This document shows positions 26,373 through 42,147 of a stretch of 64,000 nt of DNA, piece by piece. Every line of letters starts with the position of its first letter. Position 1 is the first letter of the stretch. The notes beneath the pieces are model-generated. The model searched no databases and was not told the origin of the DNA. It saw nothing but the letters and a program-made list of their open reading frames with translations. The stretch comes from Parachlamydiales bacterium (GTDB lineage Bacteria > Chlamydiota > Chlamydiia > Chlamydiales > SM23-39): positions 15,298 through 79,297 of the forward strand of contig JACVQJ010000001.1 of the NCBI GenBank assembly GCA_015661075.1, in the 5' to 3' direction. The position numbers and the translations under genes are program-made.

Positions 26373-27170
26373 ATGGAATGGCTCCACATCATCACACCCT
26401 TCCTGGAGGTCATGATCATTGCGATCATGCTCAATTACCTGCTGTCGTTTTTCTGGAAAACAAAATCGATGGATCTTGTATTGGGCTTTTTCGCTTTCTT
26501 TTTTATTCTGGTCTTCTCCAGCTGGCTTAACTTGCCGGTTTTGCACAAACTCATGGTTTTGATCGGCAACGTCGCCGTTATCGCCGTGTTGATCATTTTC
26601 CAGCCTGAATTGCGCATGGCTCTATCCAAGCTGAGCGTAAAAAACCGAAGGTATCGCGATATCAATGAATTCGACAAATTTCTCGACCAGCTATCCAACT
26701 CGATCTACCGGATGTCCGAAAAGCGCGTCGGCGCCCTGATCGCATTGGAAAATGAAGATTCGCTCGATGAATACGCTCAAAAAGCAGTCCTCGTGAACGC
26801 CGATTTTTCTCCCGAGCTACTGGAAACGATCTTTGCCACCAATACCCCGCTGCACGACGGGGCCGTGATTCTGCGCGACCGAACACTACTCGCTTCATCC
26901 GTCATCCTGCCTCTGGCAGAAGACAGCACCCAGCTCACCAAATCCATGGGGACGCGCCACCGCGCCGGCTTGGGACTGAGCCATCTGACGGACGCCCTCG
27001 TCATCGTTGTATCGGAAGAAAGCGGAAAAGTATCGATTGCCCGCGAAGGGATCATGACTCGCGGCGTCAAAATTGACCGGTTTAAAGGCGTCATCCGCAG
27101 CATCTACAATCCTCCTCTGCGAGGCTCGCTACAATCGAGGTTCAATCTTCTGGAGTGGCTGAAGCGATGA
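26373..27170 (+). CDS. cdaA: diadenylate cyclase (c-di-AMP synthase), membrane-anchored
   Basis: Three N-terminal TM helices plus a DAC domain: 'GALIALE', 'TPLHDGAVIL', 'GTRHRAGLGLS', 'VVSEESGKVSIA'. Confidence 0.9.
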   Translation: MEWLHIITPFLEVMIIAIMLNYLLSFFWKTKSMDLVLGFFAFFFILVFSSWLNLPVLHKLMVLIGNVAVIAVLIIFQPELRMALSKLSVKNRRYRDINEFDKFLDQLSNSIYRMSEKRVGALIALENEDSLDEYAQKAVLVNADFSPELLETIFATNTPLHDGAVILRDRTLLASSVILPLAEDSTQLTKSMGTRHRAGLGLSHLTDALVIVVSEESGKVSIAREGIMTRGVKIDRFKGVIRSIYNPPLRGSLQSRFNLLEWLKR

Positions 27171-28405
27171 AAACACTGCTCTTGCGCTTTCTGATCGATA
27201 ACTGGCAGCGCAAATTATTTTCACTGATTTTGGCGATGATCATCTGGATGGCGGTCAATCTGTCGATGACGATGACCAAAATCATCTCAAACATCCCTGT
27301 CCGCGTCATCAATATGCCGCAGGAAAAGACCATTGAGGGCATGCAAGTCAATGGCATCCTCAATAAGCGAATCGTTTTGACCATCACGGGCAATAAAAGC
27401 GTCATGGACGATCTGACCAGCAAAGATCTCGAGGTGGTCATCGACGCGCAAGGCAAATCTGATCAATGGATCGCATCGATTACCAAAAAAAACCTCGCCA
27501 GCCTGAACCCCGATCTCGACATCTCGAAAATGATCAATCGCGTGGCGCCATACGACATGATCATCAAGCAGAGCAAACTCGTCACCGAAAAAATCCCTGT
27601 GCGCGTCACGCACCCCATCGGCGAATCGCCCAAAGGGTACCAGTTTCTCGATGTCTGGCCCTATCAGCTGTTCGTTACGGTCAATGGCCCCGAAGATGCC
27701 GTCAAACGGCTGAAAACACGCGGCTTGCAACTAACATTCAACCTCAGCGACATCTCTCACGCTGAGCTAGACGCATCTTTTGTGGAAAAAAAGAACTCCG
27801 ATGAGGTCAGCTTCAACGTGCCGCTAACGTGGAAAAAGGTCAGTCTGCCAATGCTGTCCGACACTCCCATTGAAATCGACGATCCGCAGGCCAAAAACCT
27901 TCGCATCGATTTTTCACGGCAAGACATGATACCTCTCGACGCACCGATCCCTGTCGTCATCTATTTCCCCCCCAAATTCAGCAGTACTCTGAACCCCGAG
28001 ACCTACACTCTGGCGACAAATGATTTCATCGTTAAAAAAAATGGCGTGAAGATGATCACCTATCCTCTCTACGCCTCCGGCGTCAGCCAACTGTTTGTCG
28101 ATATCGTCAAGGACATGATTCAGGTAGTTGTGATTGCCGGCTCGAAAAGCGAACAGGATACCCTTCTTTGGAATGCCGAGTTTATTTATCCGCACGAACT
28201 GGAGGACCGCTTTGTCGCCCGGATGCTTTCCGACACCGATAACGATGACGACGAAATCCAGCCCCAATTACGGGAAGAATACCTGCGCAATCGCTTCCGC
28301 TCCTACATGTTCCATTTTCGCCTCTATACCGCCAATAATAAAAAGCTCGTCTTGAAAATTGAGCTCCAAGCCAATACCATTAGCGTCACGCCGCAAAATC
28401 TGTGA
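27155..28405 (+). CDS. cdaR: YbbR-domain protein (CdaR-like regulator of CdaA)
   Basis: N-terminal TM segment and repeated YbbR-like beta modules. 16-nt overlap with cdaA. Confidence 0.7.
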   Translation: MAEAMKTLLLRFLIDNWQRKLFSLILAMIIWMAVNLSMTMTKIISNIPVRVINMPQEKTIEGMQVNGILNKRIVLTITGNKSVMDDLTSKDLEVVIDAQGKSDQWIASITKKNLASLNPDLDISKMINRVAPYDMIIKQSKLVTEKIPVRVTHPIGESPKGYQFLDVWPYQLFVTVNGPEDAVKRLKTRGLQLTFNLSDISHAELDASFVEKKNSDEVSFNVPLTWKKVSLPMLSDTPIEIDDPQAKNLRIDFSRQDMIPLDAPIPVVIYFPPKFSSTLNPETYTLATNDFIVKKNGVKMITYPLYASGVSQLFVDIVKDMIQVVVIAGSKSEQDTLLWNAEFIYPHELEDRFVARMLSDTDNDDDEIQPQLREEYLRNRFRSYMFHFRLYTANNKKLVLKIELQANTISVTPQNL

Positions 28406-28412
28406 TTGCCTC

Positions 28413-29567
28413 ATGGTTCAACACATCGTCTTGTTAAAATCGCAAGTAGGTCAACATGGAGGACTTGAAAAATACGCCTCACGCATCGCCCAAGGTTTTT
28501 TGGACCAGGGAATGGACGTCTCGATTCTAACGACCGGTCTATCCCGCGATCCCATTCACCACCGCGATGTCACCGTCCACTCCATCAAAACCTGCCGCTG
28601 GCCCGCCTTCTGGCGCATGGAGCAGTTCGATCGCTTCGCCCAGCGCTTTTTGCATGAACACCCCGCCGATCTGGTCTTCGGTATGGATCGGAACCGCTTC
28701 CAAACCCACTATCGCGCCGGCAACGGGGTTCATGCTGAGTTCCTTCGCTCCCGCTCTTTGATCGAAAGCCTTCCCAAGCAGATGTCATTTTACCTTAACC
28801 CGCTGCATTTAAAGATTTTGCAACTCGAAAAGTGCGCATTTGAGAACCCCGCTCTGATCAGGCTATTCGCCAACTCGCACATGGTGCGCCGCCAGATCCT
28901 CGAGCACTATCGAACGGATCCTTCCAAAATCGAGGTGATCCACAACGGCGTTGAATGGAAAGAGATGGAAAATGACTTCCATGTCTGGGCCAATGTGAGA
29001 AAAAATGCGGCCCTCGATCGCGGACTCGACCCGTCCGTCTTTCATTTTCTGTTCATCGGCAATGGCTATTTGCGCAAAGGACTCAAACAGCTCCTACGCG
29101 CGTTGGCTCTCATTAAAAAAGAAGAGTTTCATCTCTCTGTGATCGGCAAGGACAGCCACTGGGAAGAATATCAGGCGCTGGCGCAGGCGCTGGGCATCCG
29201 CTCCCGCATCACTTTCTTTGGGCCGCAAAAAGAAATCCGCCCTTTTTATCAGATCGCTGATGCCCTGGTCATCCCCTCTTTCTATGATCCATTCGCTAAT
29301 GTGACTGTGGAAGCATTGGCGATGGGGCTTTTCGTCGTCTCTTCGCTCTCGAACGGGGGCCATGAGGTACTTTCATCGGATAACGGAACGGTGATTCCCA
29401 ATCTGCTCGATCTCGATTCGATCGCTGAATCGCTTTTGATTGCTCTTCGCCATCCCAAAACAATCGAGAGCGCACAAAAGATTCGACAAAGCGTGCAGCG
29501 TCTGGACTTTTCCCATCAGCTCCAGCTATTAATCCATTCGTGTCTAGGAAAAAGCCATGGATCGTGA
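28413..29567 (+). CDS. GT4-family (group 1) glycosyltransferase
   Basis: 'GGLEKY' N-terminus and the E-x7-E region 'PSFYDPFANVTVEALAMGLFVV'. Start set to ATG 28413, just after the cdaR stop. Confidence 0.8.
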   Translation: MVQHIVLLKSQVGQHGGLEKYASRIAQGFLDQGMDVSILTTGLSRDPIHHRDVTVHSIKTCRWPAFWRMEQFDRFAQRFLHEHPADLVFGMDRNRFQTHYRAGNGVHAEFLRSRSLIESLPKQMSFYLNPLHLKILQLEKCAFENPALIRLFANSHMVRRQILEHYRTDPSKIEVIHNGVEWKEMENDFHVWANVRKNAALDRGLDPSVFHFLFIGNGYLRKGLKQLLRALALIKKEEFHLSVIGKDSHWEEYQALAQALGIRSRITFFGPQKEIRPFYQIADALVIPSFYDPFANVTVEALAMGLFVVSSLSNGGHEVLSSDNGTVIPNLLDLDSIAESLLIALRHPKTIESAQKIRQSVQRLDFSHQLQLLIHSCLGKSHGS

Positions 29568-30837
29568 ACGAATCTCGTATTTCTTCATTCGAACCTTTGC
29601 TGCGCCGTTCAGCATCCTCCCCTATTCATGGCTCCACTGCATCGGCCGCCTCATCGGCCGCCTCGCCTATTACTGCATGCGCGAGTACCGCAAGCGCGCG
29701 CTCAGCAATCTCGCTCTGGCCAACGATCTGCCCATCCAATCTGAAAAAGAGCTGATCCGGATTGCCAAAAAATCCTTCGAAAATCTGGCCATCAACGTCC
29801 TGGAATATGCCCGATTCGATCGAGAGAAGGATTTTTCTAAAGTCATTCGATGCGAAAATCCGGAAACGGCCAACGCCATCCATCGCCAGGGTCAGGGCGT
29901 CATCTTCTTCTGCGGCCATCTATCGAATTGGGAAGCACTTTTTCTCGATGGCACAAAGCGCATGAAGGGCATCGCAATCGGAAAGGCGATCAAGAACAAG
30001 GTACTCTATCGCTGGATCGTTTCGATCCGCGAGAAACACGGCGGAACCATCATCGCGCCGCGCAATGCCATCAAAGAGGGGCTGCGCGCGCTTAGAAAGG
30101 GCACTTTCCTGGGGATCGTGGGCGACCAGGGCATGCCCGACAGCGGATATTCCTTTCCATTTTTAGGCCGCAGAGCGTGGTCGACAACAGCGCCGGCGCT
30201 GTTAGCCTATAAAACGCACTGCCCCATCATCGTCGCCACGACGAGGCGAATCAAAGGGGGCTATCGCATCCGCTACTCTGACCCGATTTGGCCCAACCTC
30301 GAACAGCCTTTGGAAACTGAGACTGTCCGCCTGATGAATGCCTTGCTCACGATTTTGCAAGAGAGCATCAAATCATCACCCGGCGAATGGCTCTGGCAGC
30401 ACAATCGATGGAAACAGCAAACGCCGCAAATCCTTTACAAGCGCTTCCGCAAGGACTGCATCTGCATCATTTTACCGGAAAATCAGGCTGACTTCGATCG
30501 AATCCGGCCTCATCTTGCCACGCTCAAGCAGATCTATCCGCAGAATTTTTTGTTTCTCCTCGTTCCCGAGCGCTACCAAGATGAATCGCTGATTCCCGTT
30601 GACGAGGTGATCTATTATCGCGATGAGAGAGGAGCGATGCTGCGCGACTACCGCTTCAAGCTGATCTTTAACTTCTCCCCCATTCGCGTCGCCAGGCACT
30701 ACGAAAAACTCAGCGTCTTCGAGGTGCTGAATATCGAGGATCTGCAGGCATTAGCAGCTCCTCATCTTTCCCAGGATCGCATGAGCGATTGGTCGGAGGT
30801 TTTTAAACGCGCCCTCTGCCGGCCAGGGACGATCTAG
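29557..30837 (+). CDS. LpxL/HtrB-family lipid A acyltransferase with C-terminal extension
   Basis: 'GVIFFCGHLSNWE' (H-x4-E/D acyltransferase motif) and 'IVGDQG'. About 130 extra C-terminal residues. Confidence 0.75.
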   Translation: MDRERISYFFIRTFAAPFSILPYSWLHCIGRLIGRLAYYCMREYRKRALSNLALANDLPIQSEKELIRIAKKSFENLAINVLEYARFDREKDFSKVIRCENPETANAIHRQGQGVIFFCGHLSNWEALFLDGTKRMKGIAIGKAIKNKVLYRWIVSIREKHGGTIIAPRNAIKEGLRALRKGTFLGIVGDQGMPDSGYSFPFLGRRAWSTTAPALLAYKTHCPIIVATTRRIKGGYRIRYSDPIWPNLEQPLETETVRLMNALLTILQESIKSSPGEWLWQHNRWKQQTPQILYKRFRKDCICIILPENQADFDRIRPHLATLKQIYPQNFLFLLVPERYQDESLIPVDEVIYYRDERGAMLRDYRFKLIFNFSPIRVARHYEKLSVFEVLNIEDLQALAAPHLSQDRMSDWSEVFKRALCRPGTI

Positions 30838-30850
30838 CGGGAGCCGATTC

Positions 30851-31549
30851 ATGAATGATCGATTCTATTTTGACGGGCTCTTAGATGGGCCTTGCATCAT
30901 CCGGGGCGCCGAATTCCACCACATCGCGCATGTGATGCGAATCAAGATCGGCGAAGAGATCGAGCTGGTCAACGGACGCGGTCAAATCGCCCAAGCCCAA
31001 TTGCAGCGCCTGGAGAAAGAAGCCGCCCATCTCGCGATTCTGAATGTCGAGCAATCGCCTCCGCCCGCATTTTCAATCATTCTCGCCCTGCCTCTATTGC
31101 GAATGGAACGGCTCGAATGGGCCATTGAAAAAGCAACGGAGCTGGGCGCCGACGGTTTTCGGCTTTTTTCTGCAGAAAAAGGAGAAAAAGACAATCTTTC
31201 CGATCATCAGTTCGATCGATTGCGCCATATGGCGATTAGCGCAATGAAGCAATGCGGACGGCTCTATTTGCCATCGCTTGAATTCTTTCCCTCTCTTTGC
31301 GATGCCTGGCTGCCTTCCGCCGCCGCCTTTTTTGGCGATACTGATCCGAACGCCCCGCCGCTGTCCCTCGTTCCCAATCGATCGGATCTGTTGTTTGTCA
31401 GCGGTCCTGAGAAGGGCTTTTCCTCGCAGGAGCTGGAGTTTTTAAAACAGCATGCGCAGGCCATCCGGCTAAGCAGCCATATTCTGCGCGCTGAAACGGC
31501 GCCCATCGCCGCCATCGCTTTGTTGAGTCAACCGAGGCTTTTGCAATGA
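30851..31549 (+). CDS. rsmE: 16S rRNA (uracil1498-N3)-methyltransferase
   Basis: 'RFYFD', 'HHIAHVMRIKIGEEIELVNG', 'IEKATELGA', 'FVSGPEKGFSSQE', 'ILRAETA'. Confidence 0.85.
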   Translation: MNDRFYFDGLLDGPCIIRGAEFHHIAHVMRIKIGEEIELVNGRGQIAQAQLQRLEKEAAHLAILNVEQSPPPAFSIILALPLLRMERLEWAIEKATELGADGFRLFSAEKGEKDNLSDHQFDRLRHMAISAMKQCGRLYLPSLEFFPSLCDAWLPSAAAFFGDTDPNAPPLSLVPNRSDLLFVSGPEKGFSSQELEFLKQHAQAIRLSSHILRAETAPIAAIALLSQPRLLQ

Positions 31550-31588
31550 TCCTCAAATCCAGACACTTAGAATGTAAATAAAAAAATA

Positions 31589-31645
31589 TGTCGAAATATT
31601 GCTGTTTTTTCGACACAATTATCAAACATGTCGATTTCATCGACA
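31589..31645 (+). promoter_or_regulatory. two palindromes sharing a TGTCGA half-site at the Fic gene 5' end
   Basis: TGTCGAAA-N11-TTTCGACA (31589-31615) and TGTCGA-N5-TCGACA (31629-31645). The second includes the ATG at 31628-31630. Confidence 0.3.
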
Positions 31646-32743
31646 AATGAGGCTGCAATGAGCTTTCATCGCGAACTTCCCTATAACGATCTGCCAGATC
31701 TACCACCCAAAGCAGATGTCGAATCGATCGCTATATTAAAATCGGCGATTCGAGCCAACAAGGCGATCGCTGAGCTAAAAATTTCAGGACATCTGATCCC
31801 GAATCAAGCAGTGCTCATTCAGACCTTGGGCCTATCTGAAGCTAAGCTGTCCTCTGAAATTGAAAATATTGTGACCACGAACGATGAATTATACCGGGCA
31901 TTTGCTGAAGGGAACAGAAATATTGAACCTCAAACAAAAGAGGTTCTTTTTTACAAAGATGCGCTCTGGTTCGGATATAATGCTTTGACTCAAAATAAAC
32001 GACTTCTGACCACTCCTTTATTTGTAGAATTGGCTCAAATACTAAGAAATTCGACACAAGGCATTCGTAATTTACCGGGCACCAAATTGGTTAATCCGCT
32101 GGGTGAAATCAAATATACACCTCCATCGGGAGAAGAGATCATTCGAAAAAAACTAGCCAATCTCGAACAATTTATTCATGCCAATGACTCCTTGGATCCA
32201 CTGATTAAAATGGCGATCATGCACTATCAATTCGAAGCCATCCATCCCTTCTCCGATGGAAATGGTCGAACTGGCAGAATTCTAAATATCCTGTTTTTAG
32301 TTGACAAACAACTTCTTGACATTCCGCTTCTCTATCTTTCTCGATACATTATATCAAACAAAACCGCATATTATAACCATTTGCAACAAGTCACAGAAAC
32401 AAATGCATGGGAACCTTGGATTCTGTATATGCTGGAAGGTCTTGAACAAACAGCAAACACAACGCGTAAGCGAATTTTAGCCATCCATCGTCTGATTCAA
32501 GACACTGCTGAAAAAGTACAATCCCAGCTGCCGCGCATTTACTCCAAAGATTTAATCGAAGTCATATTTCGATCTCCCTATTGCAAAATCAAATCCCTGG
32601 AGGATAGTGGTATTGCAAAAAGACAAACAGCATCAACCTATCTCAAAGAATTAGAACAGATTGGCATTTTGCGCGGCATAAAGTTGGGCAGGGATATCTA
32701 TTATGTCAACGATGCGTTTTTGAAAACGATCACTGACAATTAG
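31628..32743 (+). CDS. Fic-family protein (class II, cis inhibitory helix) with C-terminal wHTH
   Basis: Canonical 'HPFSDGNGRTGR' (32243-32278) and inhibitory 'SSEIEN' motif [(S/T)xxxE(G/N)]. Confidence 0.9.
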   Translation: MSISSTNEAAMSFHRELPYNDLPDLPPKADVESIAILKSAIRANKAIAELKISGHLIPNQAVLIQTLGLSEAKLSSEIENIVTTNDELYRAFAEGNRNIEPQTKEVLFYKDALWFGYNALTQNKRLLTTPLFVELAQILRNSTQGIRNLPGTKLVNPLGEIKYTPPSGEEIIRKKLANLEQFIHANDSLDPLIKMAIMHYQFEAIHPFSDGNGRTGRILNILFLVDKQLLDIPLLYLSRYIISNKTAYYNHLQQVTETNAWEPWILYMLEGLEQTANTTRKRILAIHRLIQDTAEKVQSQLPRIYSKDLIEVIFRSPYCKIKSLEDSGIAKRQTASTYLKELEQIGILRGIKLGRDIYYVNDAFLKTITDN

Positions 32744-32945
32744 CCCATGTCAACTACCTGATCGTTACCCACAAGTTCCGTTTCCAGAGGGAGGCGAGGC
32801 AAAGCCAGATGGAAGCGTAAGCGGTCCGAATGGTGAAGCCCATAGCTGAAAGCATCAACTACCCCTCCCTAAAGGGAGGAGCATGAAAGGTAGATTTATA
32901 TCTTCAAGTTAGGTAACTTTTTTCTTTACTTTTAGGTAAATCTCA

Positions 32946-33449
32946 ATGGCGATCGGCTTTGCTGTTAAAGAGTTTACAACAAGTGTTTGCAAGGGATATC
33001 TGGCCAGTGAAATTCTGAAAGACGTCATCAAGGATGAAACAAAGGACACCATCCGCGCCATTTTTAAAAATGCGATCCGTCAAACCCCCGGCAATGTGGG
33101 ACGAGTATTTCACGACCTAAAATGCGATGTGCATATAGCGCACGACAGGTGGATTGATCTTTTCCAATATATCAAAGGGAATAAAACGGAGGGCGCCGCG
33201 CCTTTTCGCTCTAGCCTCATTGCCATTGCGAGAATCTTCTTGCGCACTTTAGGTACGGCTCTGGCCCTCGGCGCGCTAGGAGGGGCCACATTTTGCAGCG
33301 TTTACATCATCACGCTGCTGCCTCCTTTCCATTATCTTGTTGTTCTTTCAGTATCGCCTGAGCGCATCGCAATCCTTGCCATAGAGAGCATCACAGCTCT
33401 ACTTGTGGCTCACGGATGCTTTACGCTCGCAAAAATCGGCTCAGAATAA
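32946..33449 (+). CDS. hypothetical membrane protein
   Basis: 167 aa. The C-terminal half is hydrophobic ('LGTALALGALGGATFCSVYIITLL...', 'IAILAIESITALLVAHGCF'). Confidence 0.4.
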   Translation: MAIGFAVKEFTTSVCKGYLASEILKDVIKDETKDTIRAIFKNAIRQTPGNVGRVFHDLKCDVHIAHDRWIDLFQYIKGNKTEGAAPFRSSLIAIARIFLRTLGTALALGALGGATFCSVYIITLLPPFHYLVVLSVSPERIAILAIESITALLVAHGCFTLAKIGSE

Positions 33450-33461
33450 GACTCTTCATGT

Positions 33462-35258
33462 TTATCGATCCGGTCCCATGCTGCGGATGGCGGGATATTC
33501 TTCCCCGCCGCGATAGATCAGCCCGCGGTGCGGATCGAGCGTCACTGTTTCGTCGACATTCAGAATCTCTACAGCGCCGTCCGCGCGGCCAATCATTGGA
33601 ATGTTGAGGCGTTGGGCAATCTGGGCAGCGCAGCTTTCCGATTCGTTGTCGCCGATAAAATTTTGCAAAATAATGCCCGCGGCATGTTTTAGAGCCGGCA
33701 AAAAAGTATTGTCGCAACGCAAAATCACAACCAATTGACCTCGCAGCGTTTCGGGATCGACTCCCTCGGAAGAGAGCAGGATCGAGACCTTTCCCTGCAC
33801 CCTCATACCCACGCCCTTGTTTCCACGGACGACCACTTCGCCAATGTTCTCGATCAGCATCATGTTCGTCGATCCTTTTTTTCCGAACGGCGTGCCCGCC
33901 AGCACCACAACCACATCGCCAAAAGCAATCAGGCCGTGCTTGAGGGCATACACGGACGTAGCATGGAAAGCCTCGCGCACATTGGTGCAGGTGGGGCAAT
34001 AGATGGGAATGATGCCCCAGTTGAATGACAGCTGCTGATAGACCTTGCGATTCGGCGTCAGAGCAAGGATCGGCATTTCTGGGCGCAGACGCGACAAAAA
34101 CCGGGCCGACCGGCCGCTCGTCGTAAAGGCAAAAATCGCACGGACATTCGCGCCGTAGGCCGTTTGGACCGTGGCGCGGGACAGCGCCGATGCTGCGTCA
34201 TGGTAATCATGCACTGCCTGGAGCTTAAAAAATTCCCGATAGTCGAAATCAGCCTCGGCCTCCTCAATAATCCTCTTCATCTGCTGGACCGTCTCAATGG
34301 GATATTTTCCCGTTGCCGTTTCGCCGGACAGCATCACAGATGACGAGCAGTCATAAATCGCGTTGGCCACATCGGACACTTCAGCGCGAGTCGGCCGGGG
34401 ATTGACGATCATCGATTCGAGCATTTGCGTCGCTGTCACCACCGGCTTGCACGCCTGATAGCATTTGCGGATCATCATTTTCTGCAGCTTGGGAACGAGC
34501 GCCAGATCCAGCTCGACGCCGAGATCGCCCCGCGCCACCATGATGCCGTCGGCGACCTGAACAATGCTGTCAAAATTTTTGACGCCCTCGTGATTTTCAA
34601 TCTTGGCAATGACCAAAATGTCGGGCTTTCCCTCTTTGGCGAGCAGCTCTTTAATGGCCAGTACATGATGGGTGGATCGCACGAACGAGGCCGCAACCAG
34701 ATCAATATCCTGCGCACAGCCAAATCGAAGGTCCTGGATATCCTCCGATGTCAACGCGGGCAGGTTGTTGCAGGCGTCGGGGATATTGACCTTTTTCCCG
34801 CTCTTCAAAACGCCGGGATACTGGATCTCGATCACCACTGCATTTTTTTTCTTTTCCAGCACTTTGGAAACGATGTAGCCATCGTCGAACAAAATCGCCA
34901 TGCCCGCAACGACTGCGCTGAGAGCATCAAAGGGATGGACCGGGATCTCATCGGAATGACCGTTTTCTTTCTCGACGAGCTTCAAGCGCATGCCGGCGTG
35001 AGTCTGCACATGGCCGGAAGGGATCTGGCCAATGCGAATTTCAGGGCCCTTTGTATCGAGCATAATCGCGACCGGTGTATCGGTGATTTCGCGAGCCTTT
35101 TTGATATTGTTGATGTTGGCGAGGTGCTCTTCGTGCGTCCCGTGGCTGAAATTAAGGCGGGCGACATTCATCCCCGCATGGATCATTTCGATCAGCTTTT
35201 CAACAGTTCCGACCGAAGGGCCGATGGTGCACACGATCTTCGTACGAATCAAAGCCAT
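33462..35258 (-). CDS. pyk: pyruvate kinase with C-terminal PEP-utiliser (mobile) domain
   Basis: 'RTKIVCTIGPS', 'MNVARLNFSHG', 'IMVARGDLGVE', 'MLSGETA'. A C-terminal domain of about 110 aa follows. Start set to ATG 35258 (Met19 of the listed ORF). Confidence 0.9.
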   Translation of the reverse strand: MALIRTKIVCTIGPSVGTVEKLIEMIHAGMNVARLNFSHGTHEEHLANINNIKKAREITDTPVAIMLDTKGPEIRIGQIPSGHVQTHAGMRLKLVEKENGHSDEIPVHPFDALSAVVAGMAILFDDGYIVSKVLEKKKNAVVIEIQYPGVLKSGKKVNIPDACNNLPALTSEDIQDLRFGCAQDIDLVAASFVRSTHHVLAIKELLAKEGKPDILVIAKIENHEGVKNFDSIVQVADGIMVARGDLGVELDLALVPKLQKMMIRKCYQACKPVVTATQMLESMIVNPRPTRAEVSDVANAIYDCSSSVMLSGETATGKYPIETVQQMKRIIEEAEADFDYREFFKLQAVHDYHDAASALSRATVQTAYGANVRAIFAFTTSGRSARFLSRLRPEMPILALTPNRKVYQQLSFNWGIIPIYCPTCTNVREAFHATSVYALKHGLIAFGDVVVVLAGTPFGKKGSTNMMLIENIGEVVVRGNKGVGMRVQGKVSILLSSEGVDPETLRGQLVVILRCDNTFLPALKHAAGIILQNFIGDNESESCAAQIAQRLNIPMIGRADGAVEILNVDETVTLDPHRGLIYRGGEEYPAIRSMGPDR

Positions 35259-35731
35259 TTTTGGATCCTTTTGGATCCAGTTTAGCAAATACTGGCATGG
35301 TTGGTAAACCACTGAATACAGGATTTGTAAATATCTTGCTGTCAGCAGGATTTTAAGGATTCGGACTCACTAAAAAATATTTCCGGCAAACAGCCATAAC
35401 TTGACGATATACCATCCTTTTCCTTCCCCACGCCGCCACCGCCACCATTATCATGGCGTTTTAGCACCAAATTCTCCCCTTCGATCGAAGATCGCATCTC
35501 TTGCCAACAAAGAGATTTCACCTGCAAATGCAGCCCAAGAGACAAAGAGCCGCAAAGATGCCGATTATTGCTGATATGAGAGCATGGTTTTAAAAAAGGG
35601 CCATTAGATTCCCTTTGTTTTCCTTCGGGCTAAGAACCTGTTCAATATCTAAGGCTTCGTCGATTTTTGGGATTATTTTGGCCGATTTTTGATTCTTTTT
35701 TGGGGGCCAATATACGATATGTTGATATTTT

Positions 35732-36070
35732 CTAAGGACGAACCTTTGTTTTGGTTTTGGATCGATGCGTCGCTTGTTTTGATGCGTGCTCTCTGCGGGT
35801 GGGTTTCTTGCATATGCTTTTTTTTATTTGGGCTGGCTGTTCCATCGCATATAAAACATCTGGGCAAATATCTGCACCATTTGGCCAGCAAATGCTTAAT
35901 TGACAATCATCTACATCGACTTTCTTGAAATATTCTAAATCTTTCAACGGGAGAAAAACTCCCCTCGCATGTTTTACTTTTTCAGACAAGTCGACAACCC
36001 TAACTTCTTTGTTGCTGAAGGTCAGCTTAAGTTGATAGTCACACAAATATTCGACTTTTGTAATTCTCAT
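35732..36070 (-). CDS. DUF2442-domain protein
   Basis: 'MRITKVEYLCDYQLKLTFSNKEVRVVDL' is typical of DUF2442. Starts 4 nt after the DUF4160 gene stop. Confidence 0.7.
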   Translation of the reverse strand: MRITKVEYLCDYQLKLTFSNKEVRVVDLSEKVKHARGVFLPLKDLEYFKKVDVDDCQLSICWPNGADICPDVLYAMEQPAQIKKSICKKPTRREHASKQATHRSKTKTKVRP

Positions 36071-36074
36071 ATAC

Positions 36075-36335
36075 TTATACCAATGGTTTTATTTTTTTTA
36101 GATCTAAACCTTTTTTACGGCGTTCCCAATTAGCCTGCAGTTCTTTCTGATACAAGGACGCCCATTCGATCACCAAACCTTGGATTCTTGGAGGTAAATG
36201 TCCTTCCAAAAGTTCCAGTGAGTGGATAGCGATCGCCGCCGTATCGGTGCCATATACGGCATGAAAATGGTGTGGGTTATGGTCGTCAAAAAACATTTTG
36301 ATCACAATCCCCAAGAATCTGCTGATTTCCGGCAT
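36075..36335 (-). CDS. DUF4160-domain protein
   Basis: 'MPEISRFLGIVIKMFFDDHNPHHFHAVYG' is typical of DUF4160. Start set to Met8 of the listed ORF. Confidence 0.75.
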   Translation of the reverse strand: MPEISRFLGIVIKMFFDDHNPHHFHAVYGTDTAAIAIHSLELLEGHLPPRIQGLVIEWASLYQKELQANWERRKKGLDLKKIKPLV

Positions 36336-36478
36336 GGCATTCTCTGTTTTTAGCAATTATACCAAATAAAGGATTTCAATGAAAAAATTTGCACAAAAAT
36401 CTTCAAACTCCTTTCCTTTTCGGTCAAGAATGGAAACTTGTACACAGATCGAGCGGTTCTTTGGTAAACTGTTGAAAT

Positions 36479-42130
<5,652 letters not shown>

Positions 42131-42147
42131 AAGTAAGCGAGGTTCTC

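Noticed and set aside
32760-32890. Possible fifth, degenerate copy of the hairpin repeat downstream of the Fic gene (hairpin 'cccctccctaaagggaggag'), and a faint resemblance of 'ggtccgaatggtgaagccc' to the SRP RNA domain IV motif
   Set aside because: Only one H1-like hairpin aligns, and the rest cannot be aligned to copies A-D in either orientation. The SRP-like string lacks the GNRA tetraloop and symmetric-loop context.
34425-35285. 286-aa plus-strand ORF opposite pyruvate kinase. The same pattern occurs at 62427..63419 (opposite atpB), 48204..48851 (opposite trpS) and 53729..54439 (opposite valS).
   Set aside because: These are shadow ORFs antisense to well-supported housekeeping genes. 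They have no start context or recognisable domains.
35342-35545. 67-aa minus-strand ORF with a Gly5 run in the 420-bp pyk upstream region
   Set aside because: It has no motif, a poor start context and an odd composition. More likely non-coding leader or promoter DNA, or a decayed fragment.
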